64,000 nucleotides of DNA, from positions 640,001-704,000 of the forward strand of contig CAVVXN010000001.1 of the NCBI GenBank assembly GCA_963752285.1. The letters run 5' to 3'. The notes beneath the pieces are model-generated. The model had not been told where the DNA came from. It did no database searches and saw only the letters and a list, made by a program, of their open reading frames with translations. This document shows positions 55,887 to 64,000 of the stretch, one piece after another. The DNA is from an uncultured Planctomycetota bacterium. GTDB taxonomy: Bacteria; Planctomycetota; PLA2; JAEUHO01. Each line of letters starts with the position of its first letter. Position 1 is the stretch's first letter. Made by a program: the position numbers and the translations under genes.

Positions 55887-57556
55887 CAGACCTTCCGGCT
55901 GCGACGCAGCGTCTCCTCGAGCACCGTGCTGACCTCCGCGGTCTCCTTCTCGTCGAGGTCGAGGAGGTCGCGGAGCGCCTCCGCGATGGGAGGCAGGTAC
56001 TTCGTGATGTAGTCCGTCTTGCGCTGGGCCTCGGCCAGACGGCGGCGCTTCCGGATGAACGAGCCGACCCGACGGCCGACCTCCTGGAGGCCGAGCCGGA
56101 TCTCGCGCACGATCTCGTCGTACGACGCGACGGCCTCCTTCGACTCGCTCGTGAAGGGGACCCAGACGCTCGCGACGTGGACGAAGATCGCGAGGGGGCC
56201 CACGGGGAGGCTGCCCTTGGGCTGCTGGAGATCGTACGAGCGCCACGACGTCGAGACGACCGCCTTCGTCATGGCGCACGCGCCACCCTGGTAGAGCAGG
56301 GGAACCCGGTTCGCGAAGCGGAACACGCGCGCGGGCTGGTCGCCGGGCAAGGGCTCGCCGTACGCGAGCCCGACCTCCACCTGGAAGGGGTGGCCCCGGT
56401 ACACGGACGGCGCGCGGGTCACCGACTCGTAGAGCGCGGCCTCGACCTCCTTCTTGAGACCCTCCTTGATGGCCTCCTCGCCGATCGGGGAGAGGCAGTC
56501 CGTGGGCGGCGCCATCACCTTGACGGTGTTCATCGCCTGGTGGAGCTTCTCGGCCTGGCCCCGCATCACCTTGCGCGGCGACACGTTCTCGGGCAAGCCG
56601 GCCTCGACGAGGATCTCGGCCGCGACGCGGTCGCTGACGCGGCAGAACTCCTCCTTCAGGAAGGTGGAGACGCGCCGCGCGTTCGTCGCCGAGAGGAGCT
56701 TCATGAGCGTCCCGAGCTCGACGCCGTACGGGTGCGGCTGGATCTCGCGCGGCGGCTCGGGGATCGTCTGGATGGCGCGCACGAAGACGTGGGGGAGCTG
56801 GTCGCCGGGCGCGAGGAACCGGAGCAGCGCGTGGGGATTCGCGAGGGCGGTCTGGCGGAGGTACTCGAAGACGCTCTTCTGCCCCGTCTGGTACCGGCCC
56901 TCGAGCTCGATCTCGAGCCGGGTCCCCCGCGGGTGCGGGAACTCGTCGAGCTCGCTCTCCTTCACGATCTGGGGCTCGTTGCGGCGCGTGTCGATCTGGA
57001 GCTCGAAGTGGTTCGCCTTCTTGCGCGGTCCCGTCCGGGTCGTGATCAGGATCGGCATCCCCGTCGTCAGCTGCCCGTACAGGGCCGCCGCGGAGATGCC
57101 GATGCCCTGCTGGCCGCGGCTCATCCGGAGCCGGTGGAACTTCGAGCCGTAGAGCAGCTTCCCGAAGATGCGGCTCACCTGCTCTTTCACGATGCCGGGA
57201 CCGTTGTCGGTCACGACGAGACGGTAGCGGTCCGTGGTCCCGGCGGGGCCCCGCGACCGCGCGGCGGGACGCCCGTCGCCGTTCCCGTCGCCCGTGGCCG
57301 TGCCCTGCCGCACGAGGGCGAGCTGCACCTCGATCTCGGGGAGGATCCCGGCCTCCTCGCAGGCGTCGAGCGCGTTGTCCACGGCCTCGCGCACCGCCGT
57401 GAGGAGCGCCTTCGAGGGGTTGTCGTAGCCGAGGAGGTGCCGGTTCTTCGCGAAGAACTCGGCGACCGAGATCTCCCGCTGCGTCCGGGCGAGCTCCTCC
57501 GCGGTGGCGCGGAGGCCCTCCTGCTCGGCGGATCGGGAGACGCGGTGGCGGACCAT
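55886..57556 (-). CDS. top6B: DNA topoisomerase VI subunit B
   Basis: ISVAEFF, EAVDNALDACE, DNGPG, SRGQQGIGIS, RFANRVPL, PFTSESKEA. Confidence 0.96.
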   Translation of the reverse strand: MVRHRVSRSAEQEGLRATAEELARTQREISVAEFFAKNRHLLGYDNPSKALLTAVREAVDNALDACEEAGILPEIEVQLALVRQGTATGDGNGDGRPAARSRGPAGTTDRYRLVVTDNGPGIVKEQVSRIFGKLLYGSKFHRLRMSRGQQGIGISAAALYGQLTTGMPILITTRTGPRKKANHFELQIDTRRNEPQIVKESELDEFPHPRGTRLEIELEGRYQTGQKSVFEYLRQTALANPHALLRFLAPGDQLPHVFVRAIQTIPEPPREIQPHPYGVELGTLMKLLSATNARRVSTFLKEEFCRVSDRVAAEILVEAGLPENVSPRKVMRGQAEKLHQAMNTVKVMAPPTDCLSPIGEEAIKEGLKKEVEAALYESVTRAPSVYRGHPFQVEVGLAYGEPLPGDQPARVFRFANRVPLLYQGGACAMTKAVVSTSWRSYDLQQPKGSLPVGPLAIFVHVASVWVPFTSESKEAVASYDEIVREIRLGLQEVGRRVGSFIRKRRRLAEAQRKTDYITKYLPPIAEALRDLLDLDEKETAEVSTVLEETLRRSRKV

Positions 57557-57711
57557 CGGGGGGGGATCCTACGCGCGCGGGCCGACACGGCCCGGTTCCG
57601 CTCGGAGGACCGCCCATCCGACATCCGGGGGCGAAGCGAACGCGGCGCGCAGGGCGATTGTACCCCCGGTCGCGGCGATCGCGCGGGCGTCGCCGCGCCA
57701 CGCCTCGTGCG

Positions 57712-58902
57712 CTACTCCGGCGTGCCGACGTCCTCGAGGATGTCCGTGCGCTCCTGTCTCAGGAGCAGCCGGAACCCCTGGATCGGCTCGCCCTCCTTCG
57801 CGCCGGGCACGCGCTCGACGACGAAGAGCTCGTCGCGTCGCGAGGTCTCCTTCTCGCCGATGATGCGGAACGAGAAGAACGAGCTCCGCACGTCGAAGTC
57901 CAGGCTCGGGTCCACCTGGTTCGCCTGCAGCGCCTGCGCGTCGATCCCGTCCACCTGGCTCAGCTGGTCCACCGACGTGAAGGGGTTCCCGGACGTGGCG
58001 CCGAGGGTGTCGTTCGTCGTGGTGCCGGACGTCGCGCCGCTCGTCGTGCCGCTCGTCGAGCCGCCCGTCGTGTCGCCCGGGGTGGAGCTGTCGTCGGTCG
58101 AGGGCGCCGTCTCGCGGTGCTCGACGATGCGGTCCGCGAGCTCGGGGTTCTTGAAGAAGTAGGCCCTCAGCACCACGGCGTCCGCCGTGTTCAGGTTGAG
58201 CTTCCCCGTCCCGTAGAGCGTCAGGTAGCGGGCGAGGCCCGCGCTCACCTTGTCCTCCTTCCGCTGGTCGTAGAGGAGGAACGAGAAACGCTGGTCGCGG
58301 ACCGGGGGCAGGAAGTCGAGCTCCTCGAGGATCAGGATCGTGCGGTTGTCCGCCATGCTCGGGCTGGGGATGTTGGCGCGGATCGGGCCCTTCGACAGGT
58401 ACTCGGAGATCTCGTTGGCCCACGTCTCCGCGTCCCCGTCCGAGATCTCGTTCTCGGTGTCGCGCCGGAACTCCCGGAGCAGGCGTTGGAATCGCTCCTT
58501 CGCGAGCTTGCGGCGGTCGAGGTCCTTGTCCGCGAGGAGCCGCAGGTTGAACTTGCCCTGCTCGTCGTAGGGGTGGGTGGTCAGCGCGACGTCGGACCCC
58601 AGCTCCGTCCGGCTGAGGATCTGCGAGCTGTTCCACTCGTCGTCCTTGCTGTCCACGTCGTTCGACTCGGCGTCGAAGCGGAGGTACGAGAGCATCACCT
58701 CGTACTGCCCGTCGATCGCGTTCTCGACCTGCAGCTCCTGGGCGACGTTCATGGCCGTCTGCGACTCGAGCTGCACCTGCATCGCGAACTCCCCGGCGAA
58801 GGGGATCAGGATCAGCGAGAGGAGCATCACGAGCAGCAGCGCGATGCCGCGCTCGCCGGCGCGCGGGGCACGGACGCGGGGGGAGGGGGGCACGACGATC
58901 AT
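57712..58902 (-). CDS. Type II secretion GspK-like pseudopilin
   Basis: Prepilin site ERG/IALLLVML, DEQGKFNL, GKLNLNTA, PFTSVDQL. Confidence 0.85.
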   Translation of the reverse strand: MIVVPPSPRVRAPRAGERGIALLLVMLLSLILIPFAGEFAMQVQLESQTAMNVAQELQVENAIDGQYEVMLSYLRFDAESNDVDSKDDEWNSSQILSRTELGSDVALTTHPYDEQGKFNLRLLADKDLDRRKLAKERFQRLLREFRRDTENEISDGDAETWANEISEYLSKGPIRANIPSPSMADNRTILILEELDFLPPVRDQRFSFLLYDQRKEDKVSAGLARYLTLYGTGKLNLNTADAVVLRAYFFKNPELADRIVEHRETAPSTDDSSTPGDTTGGSTSGTTSGATSGTTTNDTLGATSGNPFTSVDQLSQVDGIDAQALQANQVDPSLDFDVRSSFFSFRIIGEKETSRRDELFVVERVPGAKEGEPIQGFRLLLRQERTDILEDVGTPE

Positions 58903-59062
58903 CGAAGACTTGGACGACGGCCCGCGGTCGGGTCTTCGAACGAGGATAGCCCCGCGTCCCGGGGCCTCGCGCCCCGTCCGACCCCTCCGGGTCGGCCGTG
59001 CGACGCGCGGTCCACGGGCGGGGGACGGGCCCCCGGTCGCCGAGCCCCTCGCGCGGCGCTCG

Positions 59063-59109
59063 GCCCGTGAAGGAATGGGCCGAACCCCGGACTCGATTCC
59101 TTCACGGGC
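59063..59109. terminator. 14-bp inverted repeat after the FG-GAP gene stop
   Basis: GCCCGTGAAGGAAT / ATTCCTTCACGGGC; no U tract. Confidence 0.45.
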
Positions 59110-59111
59110 TC

Positions 59112-60563
59112 TCAGGGCGCGATCACCCGGACGAGGTCCTGGCCTCCGGGGGGGGCCCGGTAGAGGAGGATCACCTGGTCCTGGCCCCGACCCTCGAGAT
59201 CGCCCACGTAGCCCTCGACGTTCGGGCTCGCGCCGACGGGGGGGATCGAGACCTTCCGGCCCTCGGCCGCCCACACCGTCCCCGGCACGCCGCCGTGCAC
59301 CTCGAGCGTCTCGGGCCCCGTGCGGATGAGGAGGTCCTTTCGGCGGTCGCCGTCGAAGTCGCCGCGGGCGAGGATCGTGAAGGAGCGGCTGACGTCGATG
59401 TTGCCCGCCTGGCTGAACCGGAGCCGCACGCCGATGTCCGACGAGATGCTCGCGTCGGGCGACTGCGGGTAGAGGCCGCCTTCCTCGCGCTGCAGGAACG
59501 CGAGCGTGCTCGCCGTCACCTGGCCCAAGATGGCGCGGGCCGTGTTGCGCGCGTCGATGGGGATCGTCGTCACCACGAAGTCGAGGCGGCCGTCGCCGTC
59601 GAGGTCCACGTAGTCGGGGTCGAGCTGGAACCCCTCGAGCCGCAGCACGGCGGCCGGGGGCCGGAGCCCCCCGGCGCCCGGCAGGAGCTTCCCGTCGGAG
59701 AACGTCGGCCTCGGCGTGCGGAAGAAGGCGTAGCTCCCCTCGCGGTTCGTCCCCTGCTCGAGCACCAGGTCCGGCGCGCCGTCGGCGTCGAGGTCGAGGA
59801 CGCGGCGCACGCCCTCGGGCGGGAGGAACCCCGCGTCGTACGCCACCTGCTGGTCGCCGACGAAGGCCAGGAGCGAGCGTCCGGAGAGCGTCCACAGCGA
59901 CGGCGCGCCCGGGTCCGGCGCGCCCGCGGGACAGCGACCGAGGACGAGGCGGGGGTGGCCGATCACGATGCGCGCGGCGTCCTCGAGGAAGCCGCCGGCG
60001 GGTTCCAGCATCTCGAGCGGCGGCGCGGCGAGGTCCACGGGTCCGTGCGCGGCGTACGGCCCCCCGAGGACGCGCCAGCCGGTCGGGGTGGGGAGGAGGA
60101 GGGTCCCGTCGGCCCGCGCGAGGTCCACGAACGCGGCCTTGTGCGCGTCCCGCCACGAGGGCGGGTCGGGTGCGCCCTCGACCGGCGTCGAGGCGCCGGT
60201 GTCGAGCGCGACGTGGCGGAGGCCCCTCGGTCCGAGCACGAGGAGGCCCGCGCCGCCCGGCGCGGTCGGGGGCGCCGCGTCCACGAAGTCCACGTCGTCT
60301 TCGAGCGCGACCCGGGAGGTCGGCTTCGGGTCGGGCAGGTCCCTCGCGCGGCCCGCGTACACGTACACGTCCCGCGCGCGGAGCAGGAGGAGGTCGTCGA
60401 TGCCGTCACCGGTCGCGTCGGCCACGAGGAGCCCGTCCACGAGCGGCGGGCCCTCGAGCGTCACCGGGGCGCTCGACGCGCGCGCGGGGCGCGTCCCGAG
60501 GAGGAGCGCGGCGAGCGCGAGGAGGAGCACGGGGAGGGGGCGCGCATGCGGTCGTCGTCGCAT
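59112..60563 (-). CDS. Secreted FG-GAP/VCBS repeat protein
   Basis: DATGDGIDDL, DLDGDGRLDF, GDFDGDRRKDL. Confidence 0.9.
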   Translation of the reverse strand: MRRRPHARPLPVLLLALAALLLGTRPARASSAPVTLEGPPLVDGLLVADATGDGIDDLLLLRARDVYVYAGRARDLPDPKPTSRVALEDDVDFVDAAPPTAPGGAGLLVLGPRGLRHVALDTGASTPVEGAPDPPSWRDAHKAAFVDLARADGTLLLPTPTGWRVLGGPYAAHGPVDLAAPPLEMLEPAGGFLEDAARIVIGHPRLVLGRCPAGAPDPGAPSLWTLSGRSLLAFVGDQQVAYDAGFLPPEGVRRVLDLDADGAPDLVLEQGTNREGSYAFFRTPRPTFSDGKLLPGAGGLRPPAAVLRLEGFQLDPDYVDLDGDGRLDFVVTTIPIDARNTARAILGQVTASTLAFLQREEGGLYPQSPDASISSDIGVRLRFSQAGNIDVSRSFTILARGDFDGDRRKDLLIRTGPETLEVHGGVPGTVWAAEGRKVSIPPVGASPNVEGYVGDLEGRGQDQVILLYRAPPGGQDLVRVIAP

Positions 60564-60565
60564 GG

Positions 60566-62074
60566 CTACCTCCTCGGCGAGACGACGTAGATCCGGTCCT
60601 CGCTCCACACGACCGCGTCCGCGAGGCCGTCGCCCGTCAGGTCCTCGACGACGAGCTGCGGCGCGAGGGGCGACGGCATGCGCACGCGCGGGAGGATCCG
60701 GTTCGTGAAGGAGATCGGGTCGCCGGGCCCCTCGGCGTTCTTCGCCACCGCGCCGAGGATCTCCAGGCCCTTCAGGTTGCCGAGGTCGAGCAGGTCGGCG
60801 CGGCCGTCGCCGTCGAAGTCGCCCTCGAAGGAGGCCGACCGGCCGAAGTGGTTGCTGACCGCCTCCTCGCGCGAGTAGGGCCGCTCCACCGAGAATCGCG
60901 GCGTGGTCTCGAAGGTGCCGCGCGCGCGGTCGAACCGGAAGCCGACGTACCAGATCGTCGGCTCGGCGCCGAGGACCCGTCGGATCAGGTCGAAGCGTCC
61001 GCCCCGGATCGAGTCGTTCACGTAGTCGAGCGCGCCGTCGCCGTCGAGGTCCACGAAGGTGGGATGGAGCGCGACCGACTCCGTGTCGATGCGCACGCGC
61101 GGCTCGACGAGCCGACCGGTCTTCGGATCGACGAACGGCCCCGGGTAGTGGAGCAGGCGCGTGCGGAACGTCGTGAAGTCGGTGCGGTTCCCCGTGACGA
61201 GGGTGACGAGGAGGTCGGTCTTGCCGTCGCCGTCCACGTCGGCGAGCTGGATGCGGGGCGTGTGCACCTCGTCGGGGCCGAGGTCCGTCTTCACGAAGGG
61301 GAGGGGGACGCGCCACTTCGGCTCCCCGCCGGTGTCCGCGGCGAACACGAGGAGCGTGTCGCCGGCCACCGTCACGAGCTCGCGCTTGCCGTCGCCGTCC
61401 ACGTCGGCGGGGGCGAGACCGGGCACGCTCGCGTACCGGAGGAAGAGGTGCTCGGCGTCCGTCGCGCCGCGGTTCTCCACCTCGAGCCCGAGGTGCCGCG
61501 GGGCCGCCTCCTCGCGGCCGAGGAGGACGAGCTGCCCCGACCCCTCCGCCGTCGGGAACCAGCACTCCTCGACGCCGTCCCGGTCGAGGTCCGCGTGCCC
61601 GTCCCAGAACGTGATGCGGCGGCCCGCGCTGCGTCCGAAGAGGGTCGAGAGGCCCGCACCCACCGCCTGGAGCGTCCCCTCCCCGCTCGGCGCGAGGTCA
61701 TGGACCCCCTGGCGATCGAAGAACCGGACGCGCGCGGCCCCGCCGGAGCCGAACCGTCCGACAGAGATCGCGCCCGCGCGCGCCGCCACGCCCTCGTCCA
61801 GGGGGACGCGCCGCGCCGCTTGGGCCGTCCAGAACGTCCCCTTCACGGGCGTGGCCGGCGTGGGGAGGACGAGCAGCTCCTCGCGGGTCGCGCCGTCCTC
61901 CCCGCTCCTCGCGAGGAGGAACACGAGGTCCTTCCGGCCGTCGCCGTCCACGTCGAGCACGCGTACGTCCTCGACGCGCCCGCCCGGGGCGAACACGTAC
62001 TGTCCGATCTCGATCGCCCACGCCGCCGCCGGGAAGAGGCCGAGCGCGGCGAGGACGATCAACCCGCGAGCCAT
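60566..62074 (-). CDS. Secreted FG-GAP/VCBS repeat protein
   Basis: Multiple DxDGDGxxD motifs; signal peptide. Confidence 0.9.
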   Translation of the reverse strand: MARGLIVLAALGLFPAAAWAIEIGQYVFAPGGRVEDVRVLDVDGDGRKDLVFLLARSGEDGATREELLVLPTPATPVKGTFWTAQAARRVPLDEGVAARAGAISVGRFGSGGAARVRFFDRQGVHDLAPSGEGTLQAVGAGLSTLFGRSAGRRITFWDGHADLDRDGVEECWFPTAEGSGQLVLLGREEAAPRHLGLEVENRGATDAEHLFLRYASVPGLAPADVDGDGKRELVTVAGDTLLVFAADTGGEPKWRVPLPFVKTDLGPDEVHTPRIQLADVDGDGKTDLLVTLVTGNRTDFTTFRTRLLHYPGPFVDPKTGRLVEPRVRIDTESVALHPTFVDLDGDGALDYVNDSIRGGRFDLIRRVLGAEPTIWYVGFRFDRARGTFETTPRFSVERPYSREEAVSNHFGRSASFEGDFDGDGRADLLDLGNLKGLEILGAVAKNAEGPGDPISFTNRILPRVRMPSPLAPQLVVEDLTGDGLADAVVWSEDRIYVVSPRR

Positions 62075-62255
62075 CCCCGGATGCTACCCGCCTTGAGACG
62101 CGCGGACGCCGAACGGACCGCCGGTGACCCGGCGCGCCCCCGCCCGTCTTCCCGAAGCGCGGCGGGGGACCGCGGCGGGGGCGCGGCCGAAACGGCGCGG
62201 GCGCCGGGCGAAGCGGGGGCTCGGCACGGGCGTGACTTCGTTCGGCGTCTTCGCG

Positions 62256-63479
62256 CTACGCGTGGATGTCGCGGCGGGCGAAGACGCGCGTGGCGAGGAG
62301 CAGGAGCGCGGCGCCGGTCACGAGGGCCGTCGCGAGGCCCGCGCCGAGGAGCGCGGGGTCCCACCGTTCGCTCAGCGCGCGCCCGATCTTGTCCTGGAGC
62401 TCGAGCAGGCGGTCGGGGTAGCCGGTGTAGATCCCCTGCAGGACGTCCCGCGGGAGGCGGAGCAGCACGTCCGCGAAGCGGAGGCCCGCGAACACGAGGA
62501 ACGCGGTCGAGAGCGCGGCCACCACGCTGTCGAAGACCGCCGAGATCGCGAGACCGACCAGCGAGGTCACGGCGAGCGCGCCCAGCCCGGCCAGCACGGC
62601 CTCGACCGCGTGCGACGCCATCTCCGACGCGGGCGCGAACACCTGGACCGCCGCCGACTGGGGCTCGCCGAACATCGGCTCGAGGTGCTGGACCACGTCG
62701 CCGAGACCGTCCACGGCCGCGGCGTGTCCGAGTGAGACGGTGGCCGCGACGAGCCCGAAGAGGAGGGTCGCCCCGAGCAGCACGAGTGCCTTCGCCACGA
62801 TCCAGTCGCTGCGCCGGTACGCGTGCGGGAGCATCATCTTGAGCGTGCCGCCCGTCGCCTCGCCCGCGAGGGCCGTCGCGCCGAGCACGAGCAGGAACAC
62901 CTCGCCCGCCCACAGGCCCGCGGCGAACGAGCCCGACGCGACCGACCATCCGCTCGTCTCCGCGCCGCGGTGTCCCGTCATCGCCGCGAAGAGGGTCACG
63001 AGGGCCGTGGCGACGAGGCCGGCGCAAAAGAGCCGGCTCTTCCGGGTCTTCAGCGCCTCGCTCCGGAGCAGGCGCCCGAGGCGGCGCAGGGCCGCGAGAT
63101 CCGAGAGCAGCACCACGAGGAGCACCGCCCACGGCAGGTACGAGTGGAGCGACGCGAGGAATGCGGGCCCCGGGGCGTGCGGGGTCTCGCCCGGGGACGG
63201 ACGCGCCGCACCCAGCGCGTCCGTCCCGAGCGCGAGGGCCATCCCGACGAGGGCGACGACGACCGCCGACACGAGCGCGCGGGCGAGCCACGCGGGCCCA
63301 AACGGGCGCCACGGGGAGACCCCGGCGACGGCCCCGGCCGCGAGGAACGCGAGGAGCTCGGTCCCCCACGTGGCCCCGGGGGCGAAGCGCGCCGTCGCGG
63401 CCCAGGCCACGACCGCCCAGGCGACCCACGCCTCCACGTGGGACCGGCGGACGCGGCGGTCGGCGCCGGGCCCGATCAC
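62256..63479 (-). CDS. ABC-2 type permease with extra N-terminal membrane domain
   Basis: LRSEALK, AGEATGGTLK, AKAL; multiple TMs. Confidence 0.82.
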   Translation of the reverse strand: MIGPGADRRVRRSHVEAWVAWAVVAWAATARFAPGATWGTELLAFLAAGAVAGVSPWRPFGPAWLARALVSAVVVALVGMALALGTDALGAARPSPGETPHAPGPAFLASLHSYLPWAVLLVVLLSDLAALRRLGRLLRSEALKTRKSRLFCAGLVATALVTLFAAMTGHRGAETSGWSVASGSFAAGLWAGEVFLLVLGATALAGEATGGTLKMMLPHAYRRSDWIVAKALVLLGATLLFGLVAATVSLGHAAAVDGLGDVVQHLEPMFGEPQSAAVQVFAPASEMASHAVEAVLAGLGALAVTSLVGLAISAVFDSVVAALSTAFLVFAGLRFADVLLRLPRDVLQGIYTGYPDRLLELQDKIGRALSERWDPALLGAGLATALVTGAALLLLATRVFARRDIHA

Positions 63480-64000
63480 CCGATCACCCCCTCGGTCTTC
63501 TCGAGGAAGTACCGCTCGAGGCTCGCGCGCACGGGCGTGACCGCGACGGCGGGAAGACCCGCCTCGAGCAGCGCGCGGTGCACGTCTCCGAGCACGGCCT
63601 CGTCGCCGGCCACGTAGAGGAGGCCGTCGTCGTCCACCCTCGCGGCGAGCGTGGACCGCGCGCGGCCGAGCGCGGTCGCGGCCCGCGCGTTGTCGGCCGT
63701 CTCGATCCGGAAGCCCGAGATCGCCGACGAGAGGAGCTCGTCGATCCGGCCCTCCGCGACCATGCGCCCTCGATGCAGGATCCCGATCTCGTCGCAGAGG
63801 GTCTGCACGTCGTGGAGCAGATGGCTCGAGAGGAGGAACGTGACGCCGAACCGGTCGCGCTGGTCGCGGATCAGCTTTCGCATCTCGCGCATGCCGGCCG
63901 GGTCGAGGCCGTTCATCGGCTCGTCCAGGACGACGAACCGCGGGCGGCCGACGAGCGCTTGCGCGATCCCGAGTCGTTGGCGCATGCCGAGGCTGTAGCC
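63476..64000 (-). CDS. ABC transporter ATP-binding protein, 5'-partial
   Basis: YSLGMRQRLG, LDEPMNGLDP, SSHLL. Confidence 0.92.
   Translation of the reverse strand, partial: GYSLGMRQRLGIAQALVGRPRFVVLDEPMNGLDPAGMREMRKLIRDQRDRFGVTFLLSSHLLHDVQTLCDEIGILHRGRMVAEGRIDELLSSAISGFRIETADNARAATALGRARSTLAARVDDDGLLYVAGDEAVLGDVHRALLEAGLPAVAVTPVRASLERYFLEKTEGVIG

Overview
Very GC-rich bacterial chromosome segment. The gene mix (lpxK, squalene-cyclase-like repeat protein, FGE-sulfatase and FG-GAP proteins, bacterial topoisomerase VI) suggests a diderm, Planctomycetota-like organism; this is inference. Left to right: (1) a 115-bp structured tandem array, then a fur/perR-katG unit; (2) a decayed, lower-GC genomic island (~9.3-18.2 kb) abutting the 3' end of a tRNA-Sec gene, carrying an HTH-AAA ATPase-S8 protease (IetAS-type) defence operon with a frameshifted protease, a HEPN-like gene, a dead IS3 and several recombinase fragments; (3) a six-gene module (21.2-27.8 kb) of a membrane-anchored GcvH-like protein lacking the lipoyl-Lys, a HybA-like FeS protein, a HybB/NrfD membrane protein, a heme-c-motif sensor kinase, a sigma54 activator and an archaemetzincin, with repeated enhancer-like sites upstream and no catalytic hydrogenase or dehydrogenase subunit. 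This module is the best candidate for an uncharacterised system; (4) housekeeping and envelope genes (acs, gcdH-like, proS, heterodimeric ABC exporter, lpxK, top6AB, gspK-like, FG-GAP proteins, ABC transporter), with REP-like repeats and a candidate sigma54-dependent sRNA at ~47.76-47.88 kb. All calls come from reading motifs by eye; start codons are best estimates.
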